64,000 nt of DNA, from NCBI RefSeq assembly GCF_006345805.1, contig NC_042998.1, positions 23,560,001 to 23,624,000 on the forward strand, read 5' to 3'. The DNA is from Octopus sinensis. Its lineage: Eukaryota. The notes under the pieces were generated by a model. The model did not search any database. It was not told the origin of the DNA and saw only the letters and a list, made by a program, of their open reading frames with translations. The position numbers and the translations under genes are program-made. How positions within the stretch are numbered: the stretch's first letter is position 1; every line of letters begins with the position of its first letter. Below are positions 1 to 12,953 of the stretch, in pieces.

Positions 1-129
1 GTTTCTACATCTGGATGCCCTTCCTAACACCAACCACTCCGTGAGTGTAGTGGGTGCTTTCTACATGCCACCGGCACAGGGACCAGAGGATGCTGGCAAC
101 AGCCACAATCGGTTGGTGCTTTTTACGTG

Positions 130-174
<45 letters not shown>

Positions 175-2572
175 GAGAGAGATGCAAGGTGTTATTAGGT
201 GAACAGATAAGTGCACAAGAGTAAATATAGAATAACAGATGAGGACTGAGTTGGATGCAGTGAATATCAGTTTGGAGGGGGGCAAGTGAAGAAAAGAAAA
301 CATGTTCAGGGAAGAGGATGACAAGTGACAGCTTAAGTATACCCTCTTGATAACTTCATTCACAAAGCTTGGATTCATGCAAGGCTATGGTAGATAATAT
401 TTACTTTAGGTGCCACACAGGAGGAGAAAACCTGAACTCAAAGGACCCTGAAGTGAATTTGATAACCACATGGCCATACTATCATCATAGAGTGCAAAAA
501 TTAAATGAAAACAGATCCTCAATAATAACCCGTGACAAAGTGACATCTCTGTCTGATACAAATATTTAAATTGGTTAACATAACACTTATGATATAAAAG
601 GGTAAAGTTAAACAAATCAATTGTTAAATGACAGAAATATCAGCTTAGTACTGGCGACTTTGAAGTAGGCACAAAGCCTGTTGTTATTGTGAGGGAGATC
701 TAGTCAGTTGTATTCATCGTCAGCTTTTCCAATTTTGGCAGAGATTGGATGAGACTTCTTGAGGTGGTGCTCTATGGAGATATACCCTTCCTGTAGCTAT
801 TTGTTTGCAGGTAAAGCATTTTGTCCCTCTGGTCTTTACTTGTCAAATCTATGAGCTGTAGGATGTATTGTTTCTGTGAGCCATAACTAAACATCATTGC
901 TGCTGAAGCAGTGTCACTGTAAAGACATGCAGAAACACACACACTTATGCATGCACACATGCACATGCACACATGCACACACACACACTAACACAACACA
1001 ACACACACACACAACAACAACACAGCATCATTATCATCATCATCGTTTAATGTCCGCTTTCCATGCTAGCATGGGTTGGACGGTTCAACCGGGGTCTGGG
1101 AAGCTAGGAGGCTGCACCAGGCTCCAGTCTGATCTGGCAGTGTTTCTACAGCTTGATGCCCTTCCTAATGCCAACCACTCCATGAGTGTAGTGGGTGTTT
1201 TTTATATGCCACTGGCACTGGCTTATATTGTTTCCATTTATCAAATGTCACTACAAGGCATTGGTCAACCCATGGTCATTGAAAAAGCCTCCTGTATTAG
1301 GTGTTTTGCAGTGATGTCAAGTCTGAAACCATGTGGCTGCATGGGTGCATGTGTGTATGAGCCAGTGTATATAAATGTCAGTTGAGCAACTCATAATTAG
1401 CAGCATCAGATTGAAAGATAGTGACATTGTTTACCTTCTCCAGTGAATGAGTGATTTGTAGTTCAGCGGATGTGTGAATGAAAGAGAATACCTTAGGAAA
1501 CAAATAAGTGTTGGTGGCAGTGAGAGCATCTGGCTGTGGAAGGTCAATCAAATAAATCTGTGTAAACTATGTAAGTAAAGAAATGTGTAAATTAAAATGA
1601 TGATGATGATGATCATGAGTTTTGGACCTGTCATCATTCATATCATTGGAAAACAAGTATAAGAATTATGATTCTGAAATTACTGTATTTAAAGAACAAG
1701 GCAGTAAACTGGTAGAAAAGTTAGTATGCTGGGCGAAATGCTTAGTGGTATTTCGTCTGTCACTATGTTCTGAGTTCAAATTCCGCCGAAGTCGACTTTG
1801 CCTTTCATCCTTTTGGGGTCAATAAATTAAGTACCAGTCGCATACTGAAGTCAATCTAATCAACTGGTTCCCTCCCGCCAAATTTCAGGCCTTGTGCCTA
1901 GAGTAAAAGAAAAAAAAAAAGAACATCTGAAATCATTTCCATCCATTCTTTTGGTTATTTTTTTCTGCCTCATAAAACAGTTATTTGAACTTTGCTATAG
2001 AAATCTCATACAAATGTTTTAATCAATAATTTTGAATGGCAAAACTGCTGTTTTAAGCAATGGCATTAGATAATAAAATAAGAAACATCCTGATTTTATG
2101 AAACACTTTGGAATTAATGCATGTTTTTTAAATCAGTTCTGCTAAAATCTAGTTTCCACAAAAAAAAAAAAAAAAAAATTCATTTGGCCTATGGTTGAGA
2201 ATTGAAAGCCATACTAACTTATTAAATACTTATGAGATTTTTGCCGTATAGCAATTATCCAATCTATTTGTTGTACATAATTAAACAGTTTCCTAATGTT
2301 GAAGATATTTTATTAAAGAGGAAATCCAACATCAATGGATGCCATGTGAACTGATTGCAAAAATACAAACAAAAAATAACATTTTTACGTAAAGTGTTTT
2401 TATTGATTAGTACAGTTAATTTTTAACAAACTTTTGTTAGTTTCATAATATGTTTTTGTTTATCTGTTTATTTATTCTAAAAGACCTGACATTTAGAAAG
2501 CAGCAATATGCTAGCTTTTAACAATAGAGAGTACTGAGTTGCTGGACTCTGTGGTATTTGGTATATATATGT

Positions 2573-2960
2573 GTGGCTGTGTGGTAAGTAGCTTGTTTAC
2601 CAACCACATGGTTCCGGGTTCAGTCCCACTGCGTTGCACCTTGGGCAAGTGTCTTCTACTATAGCCTCGGGTCGACCAAAGCCTTGTGAGTGGATTTGGT
2701 AGACGGAAACTGAAAGAAAGCCCGTTGAATATATGTATATATATGTATGTATGTGTATGTGTGTGTGTTTGTGTGTCTGTCCCCCTAGCATTGCTTGACA
2801 ACCGATGCTGGTGTGTTTATGTCCCCGTCACTTAGCGGTTCGGCAAAAGAGACCGATAGAATAAGTACTGGGCTTACAAAGAATAAGTCCCAGGGTCGAG
2901 TTGCTCGATTAAAGGCGGTGCTCCAGCATGGCCGCAGTCAAATGACTGAAACAAGTAAAA
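2573..2960 (+). mobile_element. SINE family A (tRNA-like head, CORE-like ccttgggcaagt segment, internal TA/TG microsatellite)
   Basis: tggctgtgtggtaag...ggttcagtccc A/B-box-like head. Further copies at about 9788-10101(+), 14637-15040(+), 16186-16588(-), 19560-19910(+), 25450-25625(+), 35430-35820(+), 54186-54576(-), 55255-55652(-), 56992-57390(-), 58539-59130(+) and 63236-63645(-). Confidence 0.85.
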
Positions 2961-3627
2961 GAGAAAAAGAGAAAAAGAGAGATATCAGCATGGCCGCAGC
3001 TCTGAGCTGGAAGTAAAAATATATGTGTGTGTGTGTGTGTATGTAAAGTATAATTAATTAACACTTATAAATAAGTGATTATGTACAGGTTGATTCATTA
3101 CTGGTGTTGTTGTTGCTTAATCATCTCAAATTAGAACTAGAATTTAGACACATAATATGACTATTGTCCAACAAGCATTAATGCTTTGCTTAAGCACAAA
3201 TTTGATTTGAGTCTTGTTCAACTGATTATATAGCTCTATTTAAATATACAGGTCTGTCTAATGGCTGTGATATTTCTCCCATTCTCATTTCCTTTCCCAA
3301 TTAAGGAGGACTTTTGATGAGAATTGTTGTTTGCCATTATTCTCACAATCCGACAATTCAAGTTAACAAGAAATTACATGTGTCTGATTTTGTTTAGATT
3401 ATTATTGTTTATTACGAAACTCTATATTATGTACCCTGCGCAAACAATGGATGCACGAAAGATAATGTAGGATTTAAAGTAAGCTGGAAGGAGAAATGAT
3501 TTCCTCTGTAACAGATGATCAAGAATAGTTTCAAGTTTGAGACTTAAAGTCAAGATATAAAGTCTACATCAAAGACAAAGCCCTTTGATTTCCCAAGAGG
3601 ATCACTAGAAGTAGTTATAAGTTTATA

Positions 3628-4192
3628 TTGGGTCGTCCAGAAAGTTTGTGCTGATTTTTAAAGGAAAGAAAAAGGTCAATAAATATTTGCCATTACATTT
3701 TTAATCAACCAAATATGAACCATTTTGTTGCACAATGTATCTCCATCTTTCCTTTAACTTGAAAATACCCTCTTCCCAAAATTGAGGGGGTTTCATGGCA
3801 AAGAATTCATCAAGGTATCTTTTTACGTCATCCAAGGAATTGAAATTTTTACCATTAAGACTATTCTGCAGAGACCTGAATAAGTGGAAATCCGAAGGAG
3901 CAATATCTGGGGAATATGGAGGGTGAGGTAACACATCCCAGCCAAGCTGCAGCAATTTTTGTTTGGTTCCCAAAGCATCAAGTGCTGAAAATGAACTTTC
4001 TTATCTTACATTTTAAAGGGTTACAGAATTAACACAGGTTATAGGAACACAAACCTTCTTCCATGAAAAGATAGCTTAAACTGTGCTCTAAATGGAGGTG
4101 TAGTCAAATCCTATTTTATGGACTCGACCATGTTCTAAAATAAGTCGAAAGGTAAGCTACTATAAATCGGCACGAATTTCCGGACAACCCAA
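3628..4192 (-). mobile_element. Internally deleted mariner (DD34D) DNA transposon
   Basis: ~30-bp TIRs (ttgggtcgtccagaaagtttgtgctgattt and its near reverse complement at about 4164-4192) with TA on both sides. Minus strand encodes N-terminal M*DKKVHFQHLMLWE fused to C-terminal KQKLLQLGWDVLPHPPYSPDIAPSDFHLFRSL (mariner YSPDLAPxD motif). Confidence 0.93.
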
Positions 4193-6252
4193 TATTATCT
4201 AGGTAACCTAATCAACAGAAAATGTGGGTGTTGTAAAAGCCTTGGTTATCTTTAAAAATGTGGGATAGTCACAGATGGAGTTCTTTGATCATATACTCAT
4301 TCAATCAAGGTTGATCTTAAGATTAAATAGCAGTTCATTAACAACAAACATCAGGTAATGTTTATCTCTGCTTTAAAGTGGATGTTGTGATAGAACACGG
4401 AATACTGCAATAGTTATCACGAGAGAACCTCTGATATGGGTTTGTGGTTCAGATAAGCACTCATGCTTCTGTCATTATTAATTATTTTCTGACATTAGGG
4501 TTTTTAAGTATAACTAGTACTCTGTCAGTTATGATGACAAATGTTCCAACTGATCTGATTGATGGAACAGCCTGCTCTTGAAATTAATGTGCAAGTGGCT
4601 GAGCACTCCACAGACACACATATCCTTAATGTAGTTCTCGGGGAAGTGAAATGTAATGAGGGTGGCCCTCTGAAATGCACGTACTGCTAATTTTTGCCAG
4701 CTGTATGGATTGGAGCAATGTGAAATAAAGTGTCTTGCTCAAGGACACAATACAATGCTGGGTATCAAACTCATGTCCTTATGATTGTGATCCAAATACC
4801 CTAACCATTGAGCTATATGAAAACAAAGCAATGCCAGCAATTTGATGCCATATCATCTTATTTCTTTAGCTGGTAATCAACTGTTTAGTTTGATATAGAA
4901 TCTGTAGCAAAGATACATACATTAACCGTCATGTCTGTCTGAGGGTTTATTATAATTATGTAAGTCCACTCTGTTGAGTGGTTGGTGTTAGGAAGGGCAT
5001 CCAGCTGCAAAAATCCTGCCAAAACAGTTACAGAAGTCTGGAGCAGGCTTCTTATTTCTTTATTGCCCACAAGGGGCTAGACACAGAGGGGACAAACAAG
5101 GACAGACAAGGGGATTAAGTCGATTACATCGACCCCAGTGCGTGACTGGTACTTAATTTATCGACCTCGAAAAGATGAAAGGCAAAGTCGACCATGGCGG
5201 AATTTGAACTCAGAACGTAATGGCAGGCGAAATACCTATTTCTTTACTACCCACAAGGAGCTAAACACAGAGAGGACAAACAAAGACAAACAAAGAGATT
5301 AAGTTGATTACATCGAACCCAGTACGTGACTGGTACTTAATTTATCGACCTCGAAAGGATGAACGGCAAAGTCGACCTTGGCAGAATTTGAACTCAGAAC
5401 GTAATGGCAGATGAAATACCGCTAAGCATTTTGCCCGGTGTGCTAACATTTCTGCCAGCATTTCGGTGTGCTAACATTTCTGATGCACGCTTCTGCCTGG
5501 TCGGCTCTTGTCAAACCATCCCACCCATGCTTGCATTGAAGGCAGACATTAAACGATGATGATAATGATAATAATGATGATGTAGTTGTGAAATAATATA
5601 TGGACAGCAATGATTTACTATTCACATAGTCTTGTCTTGTCGAGAACATTACACCTTTATTGCAGTTACTATGATGAAATGCTACTGGTATACTCTGTAA
5701 AGTGGCTGGTGTTAAGAAGGGTGGTCAGCCAGAAGCTATGTCCAAAATAGAAAGTATGAGTGAGACGTGGTCTTCCACTGCATCTGGTAGGGCAGCAAAT
5801 CCAAATAAGAATTGACTGGACTGCGACAACACACCTAAACCATACAAAGGTGGAAAGCAGGTGTTAGATGATTATGATGTAGAATGTCAGTAAGTTTGAT
5901 TGCTGTGAGGAGTGGAATATTTAATGTTTCAGCTTCTTGCTCTATGATGGAGGGCAGGAAAAAAATAGTGTTGATGCCATTAGCCAGGCTAACAACTTGT
6001 CTTGTTTTTTTTACTCTTTTGTTGGAAGTTGTTCTAGCTTCAGCCATTTTGACTCCAGATCTATTTAGATTTTAGATTATTTTTTTCAGTCTTCTATTTT
6101 ATCGCCTAATCAATATCTACATAATCTGAATTCAGTTGTATATGATTTTCAATTCTTTCATGCGTTAGAAATGAAAATATTGGAGACATTATATGTCTTT
6201 ATATCTTTTATCATAAGAATAATGTTATAAGAACTTTTCATTTAGAGGCCGT

Positions 6253-6665
6253 TTAACCTTTTCATTACTGTATTTATTTTGAGATAACTTAGTTATCATT
6301 AAGCTAGTATTAGGAACATAAATTGTGACTAAGATTTGGTGGAAGATTTTAATTCAAAACTTTTGGAAACAAGACATTTGTACTCAGAGCTATAGGTGGT
6401 TTCAACCAGGTTGGTATTGAAAGGGTTAAATTAATCATTTGTTAACCCTTTTCTAACCATTTTTCTATTGAGATGTGTTTCTTTCAATAAATTTTAAATA
6501 TAACAAAGAATTTTGTAAAATAACTTAGTTATCAGTAAGCTGGTGTTAGGAACATAAATTGTGGCTAAGGTTTGGTGGAAGATTTTAAATCAAAACTTAT
6601 GATACAAGACATTTATATTAAAGAGCCAGAGCCGGTTTCAGCCGGGTTGGTAATGAAAGAGTTAA
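6253..6665 (-). mobile_element. Dimer of TTAA (piggyBac-type) MITE family 1
   Basis: Two units (6253-6429 and 6442-6665), each TTAA-CCCTTT...AAAGGG-TTAA, joined by a 12-bp linker. Confidence 0.8.
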
Positions 6666-7129
6666 AAAAATTGAAGCAGGAACGTGAGAATAGGATGAAG
6701 GGTGATTTCTTCAATCTCGTCTTTTAATTATTTTAGTCATTGGACTGTGGCTATCCTGGGGTACTGCCTCAAAATTAATCTAAGGTAACACATCTGCACC
6801 TACTATACTTAATAGAGCTAAAGGCATCCTGAATATTATTTTAGCAAGTTTAAAGTGATTTCTTTCATGCCATAAACCATTTACCATTTCTGAGGGGCCC
6901 CCTCCTTCCCTTGATGCCCTAAGCACGTGCTTATTTTGCTTAATGGTTAATCCAGCGCTCTGTGTGTTTGTGGCACTAACATAGTACAAGGGAGATAGAC
7001 TAATGATGCATATACGTACATCAGTACAAGAAAGATATGTAGTCTGTGGACTAATGTTTTGTCAGTGGTATAAGGCAGAAAGACTAACGATACATATACA
7101 TACATTAGTAGCTTAGTGAACAAGAACAT

Positions 7130-7478
7130 TATTACCTCTGCCTTCGCTAAGGCGGAGGTATTGTTTTCAGTTGTGTTTGTTTGTTTGTCTGTGGACAAGA
7201 TATCTCAAGAACTGCTGGATGGACTCAGATGAAACTTTCAGGGATGTTTGGCCTCATGACTGGCACAAACTGATTAGATTTGGGGATCAATTCTGGATTA
7301 TTTTTCCTGTGTTTTTTACTTAATGTTTAAGAGTGGTCAGGTTCATTTTTAGTATTCTCTTTTGCGAGAGCAGCTGAGTTTATTTCAGATATTCTAATTT
7401 TAAAAATCATCCCTGGCTAATCGTTGAGAGGATGTTGGTGTTGCCTTGGAGGTTTAGCACTCTCTGAGTCCTCTTGTT
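7130..7478 (+). mobile_element. Helentron-associated (HINE/DINE-1-like) element
   Basis: 5' attacctctgcc...ggcggagg subterminal inverted repeat, (GTTT/GTCT) microsatellite, 3' gccttggagg subTIR and a gcactctctgagt(c/g)c palindrome before a T-run. Confidence 0.65.
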
Positions 7479-7594
7479 TGTCTTACTTTAGAAATAAGGG
7501 TTCTGAGTTCATATCCTATCTGTATCTATGTACACATCCAGGAATAAGAACACCTAAAATGTTCAAAAGATCAAACTGATTGAAACTGTGTTAA

Positions 7595-7616
7595 TCTGTA
7601 TATATAAAAGGTAGGA

Positions 7617-7650
<34 letters not shown>

Positions 7651-8023
7651 TGAATGTAATTTATGCACGTCCACAAATTAATATGCATGTCGCTCCAATT
7701 TTAAGATGACATTCGTTATGACTCTAGCTGTATTTTCGTCAACTTATTTTTCCCAGAGGCACCAGCAAATAGCAGTAAAAATAAATTTTCAATCAAAACT
7801 TTTAACAATTTTCAAGTTGGAGAAATCACCATTGTTTGCAAACAGGAGTTAAGTGCCCTTCTAGCGATGAGTAAGTTTTTGTTAAGACTTTTGTTGTTTT
7901 TTTTTCCATCGAGGAAAAAACTGTTTTGTTGATATATGGGCAATACACATACACACGAACATGTATGCGTACAAAAAAAAATGTATGCAATAGGTGTACA
8001 TATGGAAAGCGGACGTTAAATGA

Positions 8024-8062
<39 letters not shown>

Positions 8063-8182
8063 AATTTCATTGGATTTTGCCCAAATTTAACGTTGATGTT
8101 ACTTAGTTTGGTTTGAAATAAAGAACTTGATTAGCCTAATAATCCTAACTTAATCCAAAGCAAAGCCGGGTTATACTGCTAG
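7595..8182 (+). mobile_element. Non-autonomous Helitron-like element
   Basis: a|TCtgtatatataaaag 5' end; 3' subterminal hairpin remnant (caaagcaaagccggg) followed by CTAG|t; A-T insertion site with no TSD. Confidence 0.7.
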
Positions 8183-8654
8183 TATACCCTAAAGATAAGG
8201 CAGCAGGCTGGCAGAATCATTTGCATGCTGGGCAAAATATATTGTCGTATTTTGTGTTTCTATGTTCTGGTTTCAAATTCTGCTGAGGCCAGCTTTGCCT
8301 TTCTGCCTTTCAGGGTCAATAAAATAAGTACCTGTTGGACACTGGGGTTCTTGTAATCATTTTACTCCATCTCTCAAAATTGCTGGCCTTGTGCCAAAAT
8401 TTGAAACCGATTTGTACTAAAGATATGATTGGTAATCCAAAGAATTATAATTTAATGGAGACATTTCACTTCAATTAAGACACAAATATATCCTTGTAAA
8501 AGATAATGAGCATCATATTTATAAAAGTAGTGCTCCAGCATGGCTGCAGGCCATTGACTGGAATCACTAAAAGAATAGAAGAATAAAGGAATTACTTCTC
8601 ATGTATTACCTCTTGGAAATATTAGCTCTTGTGTCTAGATTGAAAATCATTTTA

Positions 8655-8957
8655 TGTGTGTGTGTGTGTGTGTGAATGTATGTATGTGAAAGAGAGAGAG
8701 AAAGAGAGAGAGTATGTGTATGTGTGTGTGCATGCATATATGTGTGTGTGTGAATGTATGTATGTATGTGAAAGAGAGGGAGAGAGAGAATGTGAGAGAG
8801 AGTGTGTGTATGTGTGTGTATGTGTATGTGTGTGTGTGTATTAATCAAGTACTGGAGTTAATTTTGTTTCTGTCTCTGTCTCTTTCTCTCTCTCTGTCTG
8901 TTTCTCTCTCTGTCTCTCTCTGTGTCTGTTTCTCTCTCTCTGTCTCTCTCTCTCTCA
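8655..8957. repeat. Compound (TG)/(AG)/(TC) microsatellite
   Basis: Direct reading. Confidence 0.9.
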
Positions 8958-10344
8958 GAATCAACTAATCTGTGCTGAGAGGATATGGAGGAGAGCTCAC
9001 ATTATGCTTTTCCCTCAAGGCAACCACTTCCACTTTGCCATAGAAGAATGAGGCTGCTGAAGCACTGGCAGAGTATGCCGTACAATGATGGTGATGATGG
9101 TGATGATGACGATGATGATGATGAAGATGATGGTAATTTATGATATGAGCGGTAGATAATCAAACTGGTTGGTTTACTATTTCCAGTCCATTGCTCAAAC
9201 CCCGTTGGGAACAGCTCTGTGTTAAGTCAAAAGTAATCAACATTTCTATTCCTACAACTATTATATGGTGCTCACGGATAATTCTCATGGTCACTGTTGC
9301 CTACCTAAACATGAGTAGATTGAATGGTTTATGGTTAATACTTAGTGGTTGAGAAAATCATATCATTATCATTTCTATGTCTGCTTTTCCATGCTTGCAT
9401 GGGTCAGATGGATGTTTGGTTGTGGTGGATTTTCTACGGCTGGACGATTTCCCTGTCACCAACCCTCAATTGTTTCCAAGAGAAAGTAATATTTTTTTTT
9501 ATAACCAGATATGTTTTCATGAAATATTTGGAATGAGGGACAGTGCTTGCATGACATACATGTATGCACACACACATCATCATTTTCATTATCATCATCA
9601 TCATCGTTTAATGTCAGTTTTCCATACTGGCATGGGTTGGACAGTTTGACAGGAGCCGGTGCGCTGGGGAAATGTTCAGACTCCAGCTGTCTGTTGTGGC
9701 ATAGATTTTATGGCTGGATGCTCTTCCTAATGTCAACCCATTTACAAAGTGTGTTGTATGCTTTTTATGTGTCATTGTCGTGAGTGCATAGGAGTGGCTG
9801 TTTGGTAAGTAGCTTGCTTACCAATCACATGGTTCTGGGTTCAGTCCCACTGCGTGGCACCTTGGGCAAGTGTCTTCTATTATAGCCTCAGGCCGACCAA
9901 AGCCTTGTTAGTGGATTTGGTACACGGAAGTTGAAAGAAGCCCATCGTATATATGTATATATATGTGTGTGTGTTTGTGTGTCTGTGTTTGTCCCCCCCA
10001 ACATCGCTTGACAACCAATGCTGGTGTGTTTACATCCCCGTCACTTAGCGGTTCAGTAAAAGAGACTGATAGAATAAGTACTAGGCTTACAAAGAATAAG
10101 TCTCTGTGTCACGCTGAATCTCCCTGAGAACTACATCAAGTGTACACATGCCTGTGGAGTGCTCAGCCACTTGCCCGTTAATTTCACAAGCAGGCTGTTC
10201 CATTGATCGGATCAACTGGAACCCTTGTTGTCATAACCGACAGAGTACCACAAGAACAAAATTTTATAGACAGAGAGACAGTTTTGTGAGGAGGCAAGTG
10301 TAAGCTTTGGAAATACTCTGTGTTTAAAAAACGAGTATTGTAAT

Positions 10345-10817
10345 TCTTTATTGCCCACAAGGGGCTAAACATAGAGGGGATAAACAAGGACAGACAAATG
10401 GATTAAGTCGATTACATCGACCCCAGTGCGTAACTGGTACTTATTTAAGGCAGTGAGCTGGTAGAATCGTTAGCGCGCCAGGTGAAGTGCTTAGCGGTAT
10501 TTCGTCTGTCGTTACCTTCTGAGTTCAAATTCCACCGAGGTCGACTTTGCCTTTCATCCTTTTGGGGCCGATAAATAAAGTACCAGTTTCACACTGGGTT
10601 GATGTAATCGACTTAATCCGTTTGTCTGTCCTTGTTTGTCCCCTCTGTGTTTAGCCCCTTGTGGGTAGTAAAGAAATAGGTACTTATTTAATTGACCCCA
10701 AAAGGATGAAAGGCAAAGTTAACCTCGGAAGAATTTGAACTCAGAACGTAGCAGCAGACGAAATACCGTTAAGCATTTCACCCGGCATGCTAACGATTCT
10801 ACCAGCTCGCCGCCTTA
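10345..10817. mobile_element. SINE family B copy (+) nested antisense in another copy (-)
   Basis: 13-bp TSD ggtacttatttaa at about 10436-10448 and 10679-10691. Confidence 0.8.
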
Positions 10818-11392
10818 AAAAATGAGTATTTGGTAGCTTAGCTAGCATTGCTGAAACTACACTTCTAGTAAAACTGTACTTGGAATATCTTTTACTGTAT
10901 TTTCAGCTGTTTCTACAGCTATAGTTGTCTTAACTAGTGCTGCTGTTCAACCCTAAATGAAATCTGAATAGCACAGATAGTTCTATGATCAATGGTCATC
11001 ACAGCTGTGACCTCTGACCGTAGCAACTTTTCTTCTGGAATAGTGTAGCTCAGAAGACGTTATTCAACGTGTCCATTTTATAAAACAGTATACTACAATT
11101 TGGAGTAATATATGGCTGCTATCGCTTGCTGTCTTGTTGGGCCTGTAACTACGTATAAGTTCCTCATTGGTTCGTTCCTGCTGCTGCTGTTGTTGCTAGG
11201 TGTTTTACCAATTGTTGTCACAAGACACAATAAAAAAAAAAGAAAAAGAAAAAATGTACAAAAAAAAGAACAGAAACAAAAAGAAATTAATTACAAAGAT
11301 GACAACGATGTTGATGGGAACAAGGACTACAGCAACAACGACAGCAATATTTGCACTGAGACAAATGATTGTAATTGTGGTGATCATGAGAG

Positions 11393-11870
11393 TGGTGGTG
11401 GTGGTGATGGTTATGTTGTTGTGGTGGTGGAGGTGATGGTGGTGGTGGTAGTGGTGGTAGTAATGGTGGTGGTGATAGTGGTGGTGATAGTGGCTGTGGT
11501 GGTGATGGTGGTGGTGATGGTGGTGCTGGTGGTGCTGGTGGTAGTGATGGTGGTGGTGATAGTGGTGGTGGTGGTGGTGGTGGTAGTGATGGTGGTGGTG
11601 GTGGTGGTGGTTGTGGTGGTGATGGTGGCTGTGGTGGTGATGGTGGCTGTGGTGGTGGTGGTGGTGGTGGTGGTGGTGGTGGTGATGGTGGTGGTGGTGA
11701 TGGTGGTGGTGGTGGTGATGGTGGTTGTGGTGGTGATGGTGGTGGTGGTGGTGGTGGTGGTGATGGTGGCTGTGGTGGTGGCTGTGGTGGTGATGGTGGT
11801 GGTGATAGTGGTGGTGATGGTGGTGGTGATGGTGATGATGGTGGTGGTGGTGGTGGTGGCAGTGGTGGTA
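11393..11870. repeat. (GTG/GGT)n trinucleotide tract, about 480 bp
   Basis: GTG repeats interspersed with ATG, GCT and ATA; source of the spurious poly-Val ORF. Confidence 0.95.
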
Positions 11871-12212
11871 GTTCTGCTGCTGCTATTATCTCTGTAGTAA
11901 CAAACTATTAGCTACTACTTCACCACATACGAGTTCATTTGATTGGTTGGTTAGTTGGTTTTTTTTTCACCTTGATTAAAGAAAATACCTTACTAATCAA
12001 TATATTGTTTAGGTAACTGTGTCAGATTTACACTGTCATCATACTTTACTAGTTTGTATTTGACTCCATTCCTAGAAAAGGTATCTGCTTTCGAGCTACT
12101 TACTGAATACACTGAAGTGTTTGCTGTCAGGTGATCAAACTTTAGATGCTCTGCAGTAAAAATAAGAAATTAAAGGCAAAAATGCAAGCATCCATCATCG
12201 ATTTTTAATAGG

Positions 12213-12615
12213 TAAATATTTGACAAAAATTCTATGTAAAGAACTAAATATTTGACAAAAATTCTATGTAAAGAACTAAATATTTGACAAAAATTCTATG
12301 TAAAGAACTAAATATTTGACAAAAATTCTATGTAAAGAACTAAATATTTGACAAAAATTCTATGTAAAGAACTAAATATTTGACAAAAATTCTATGTAAA
12401 GAACTAAATATTTGACAAAAATTTTATGTAAAGAACTAAATATTTGACAAAAATTCTATGTAAAGAACTAAATATTTGACAAAAATTCTATGTAAAGAAC
12501 TAAATATTTGACAAAAATTCTATGTAAAGAACTAAATATTTGACAAAAATTCTATGTAAAGAACTAAATATTTGACAAAAATTCTATGTAAAGAACTAAA
12601 TATTTGTCAAAAATT
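12213..12615. repeat. 32-bp minisatellite, about 12.6 near-perfect copies
   Basis: Unit taaatatttgacaaaaattctatgtaaagaac; starts at 12213, 12245, 12277 ... 12597; a single C->T variant near 12424. Confidence 0.97.
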
Positions 12616-12953
12616 TCTGTCTGGTAAGAAGTTTGCTTCCCAATCACATGGTTCTGGCGAGCTGGCCGAAGTGTTAGCACGCCGGGCGAAATGCGTAGCC
12701 GTATTTCGTCTGCCGTTACGTTCTGAGTTCAAATTCCGCTGAGGTCAACTTTGCCTTTCATCATTTCGGGGTCGATAAATTAAGTAACAATTACACACTG
12801 GGGTCGATGTAACCGACTTAATCCATTTGTCTGTCCTTGTTTGTCCCCTCTGTGTGGTAGTAAAGAAATAGGTAAGTGTCTTCTATTATAGCCTTGGGCT
12901 GACCAAAGCCTTGTGAGTGATTTGGTAGATGGAAATCAAGCCTGCTGTATATG

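Noticed and set aside
11112-11897. 261-aa poly-Val membrane protein ORF
   Set aside because: Translation of a (GTG)n microsatellite plus low-complexity A-runs; no splice or domain support.
12213-12615. CRISPR array
   Set aside because: The 32-bp units are contiguous with no unique spacers; there are no cas genes and the context is eukaryotic.
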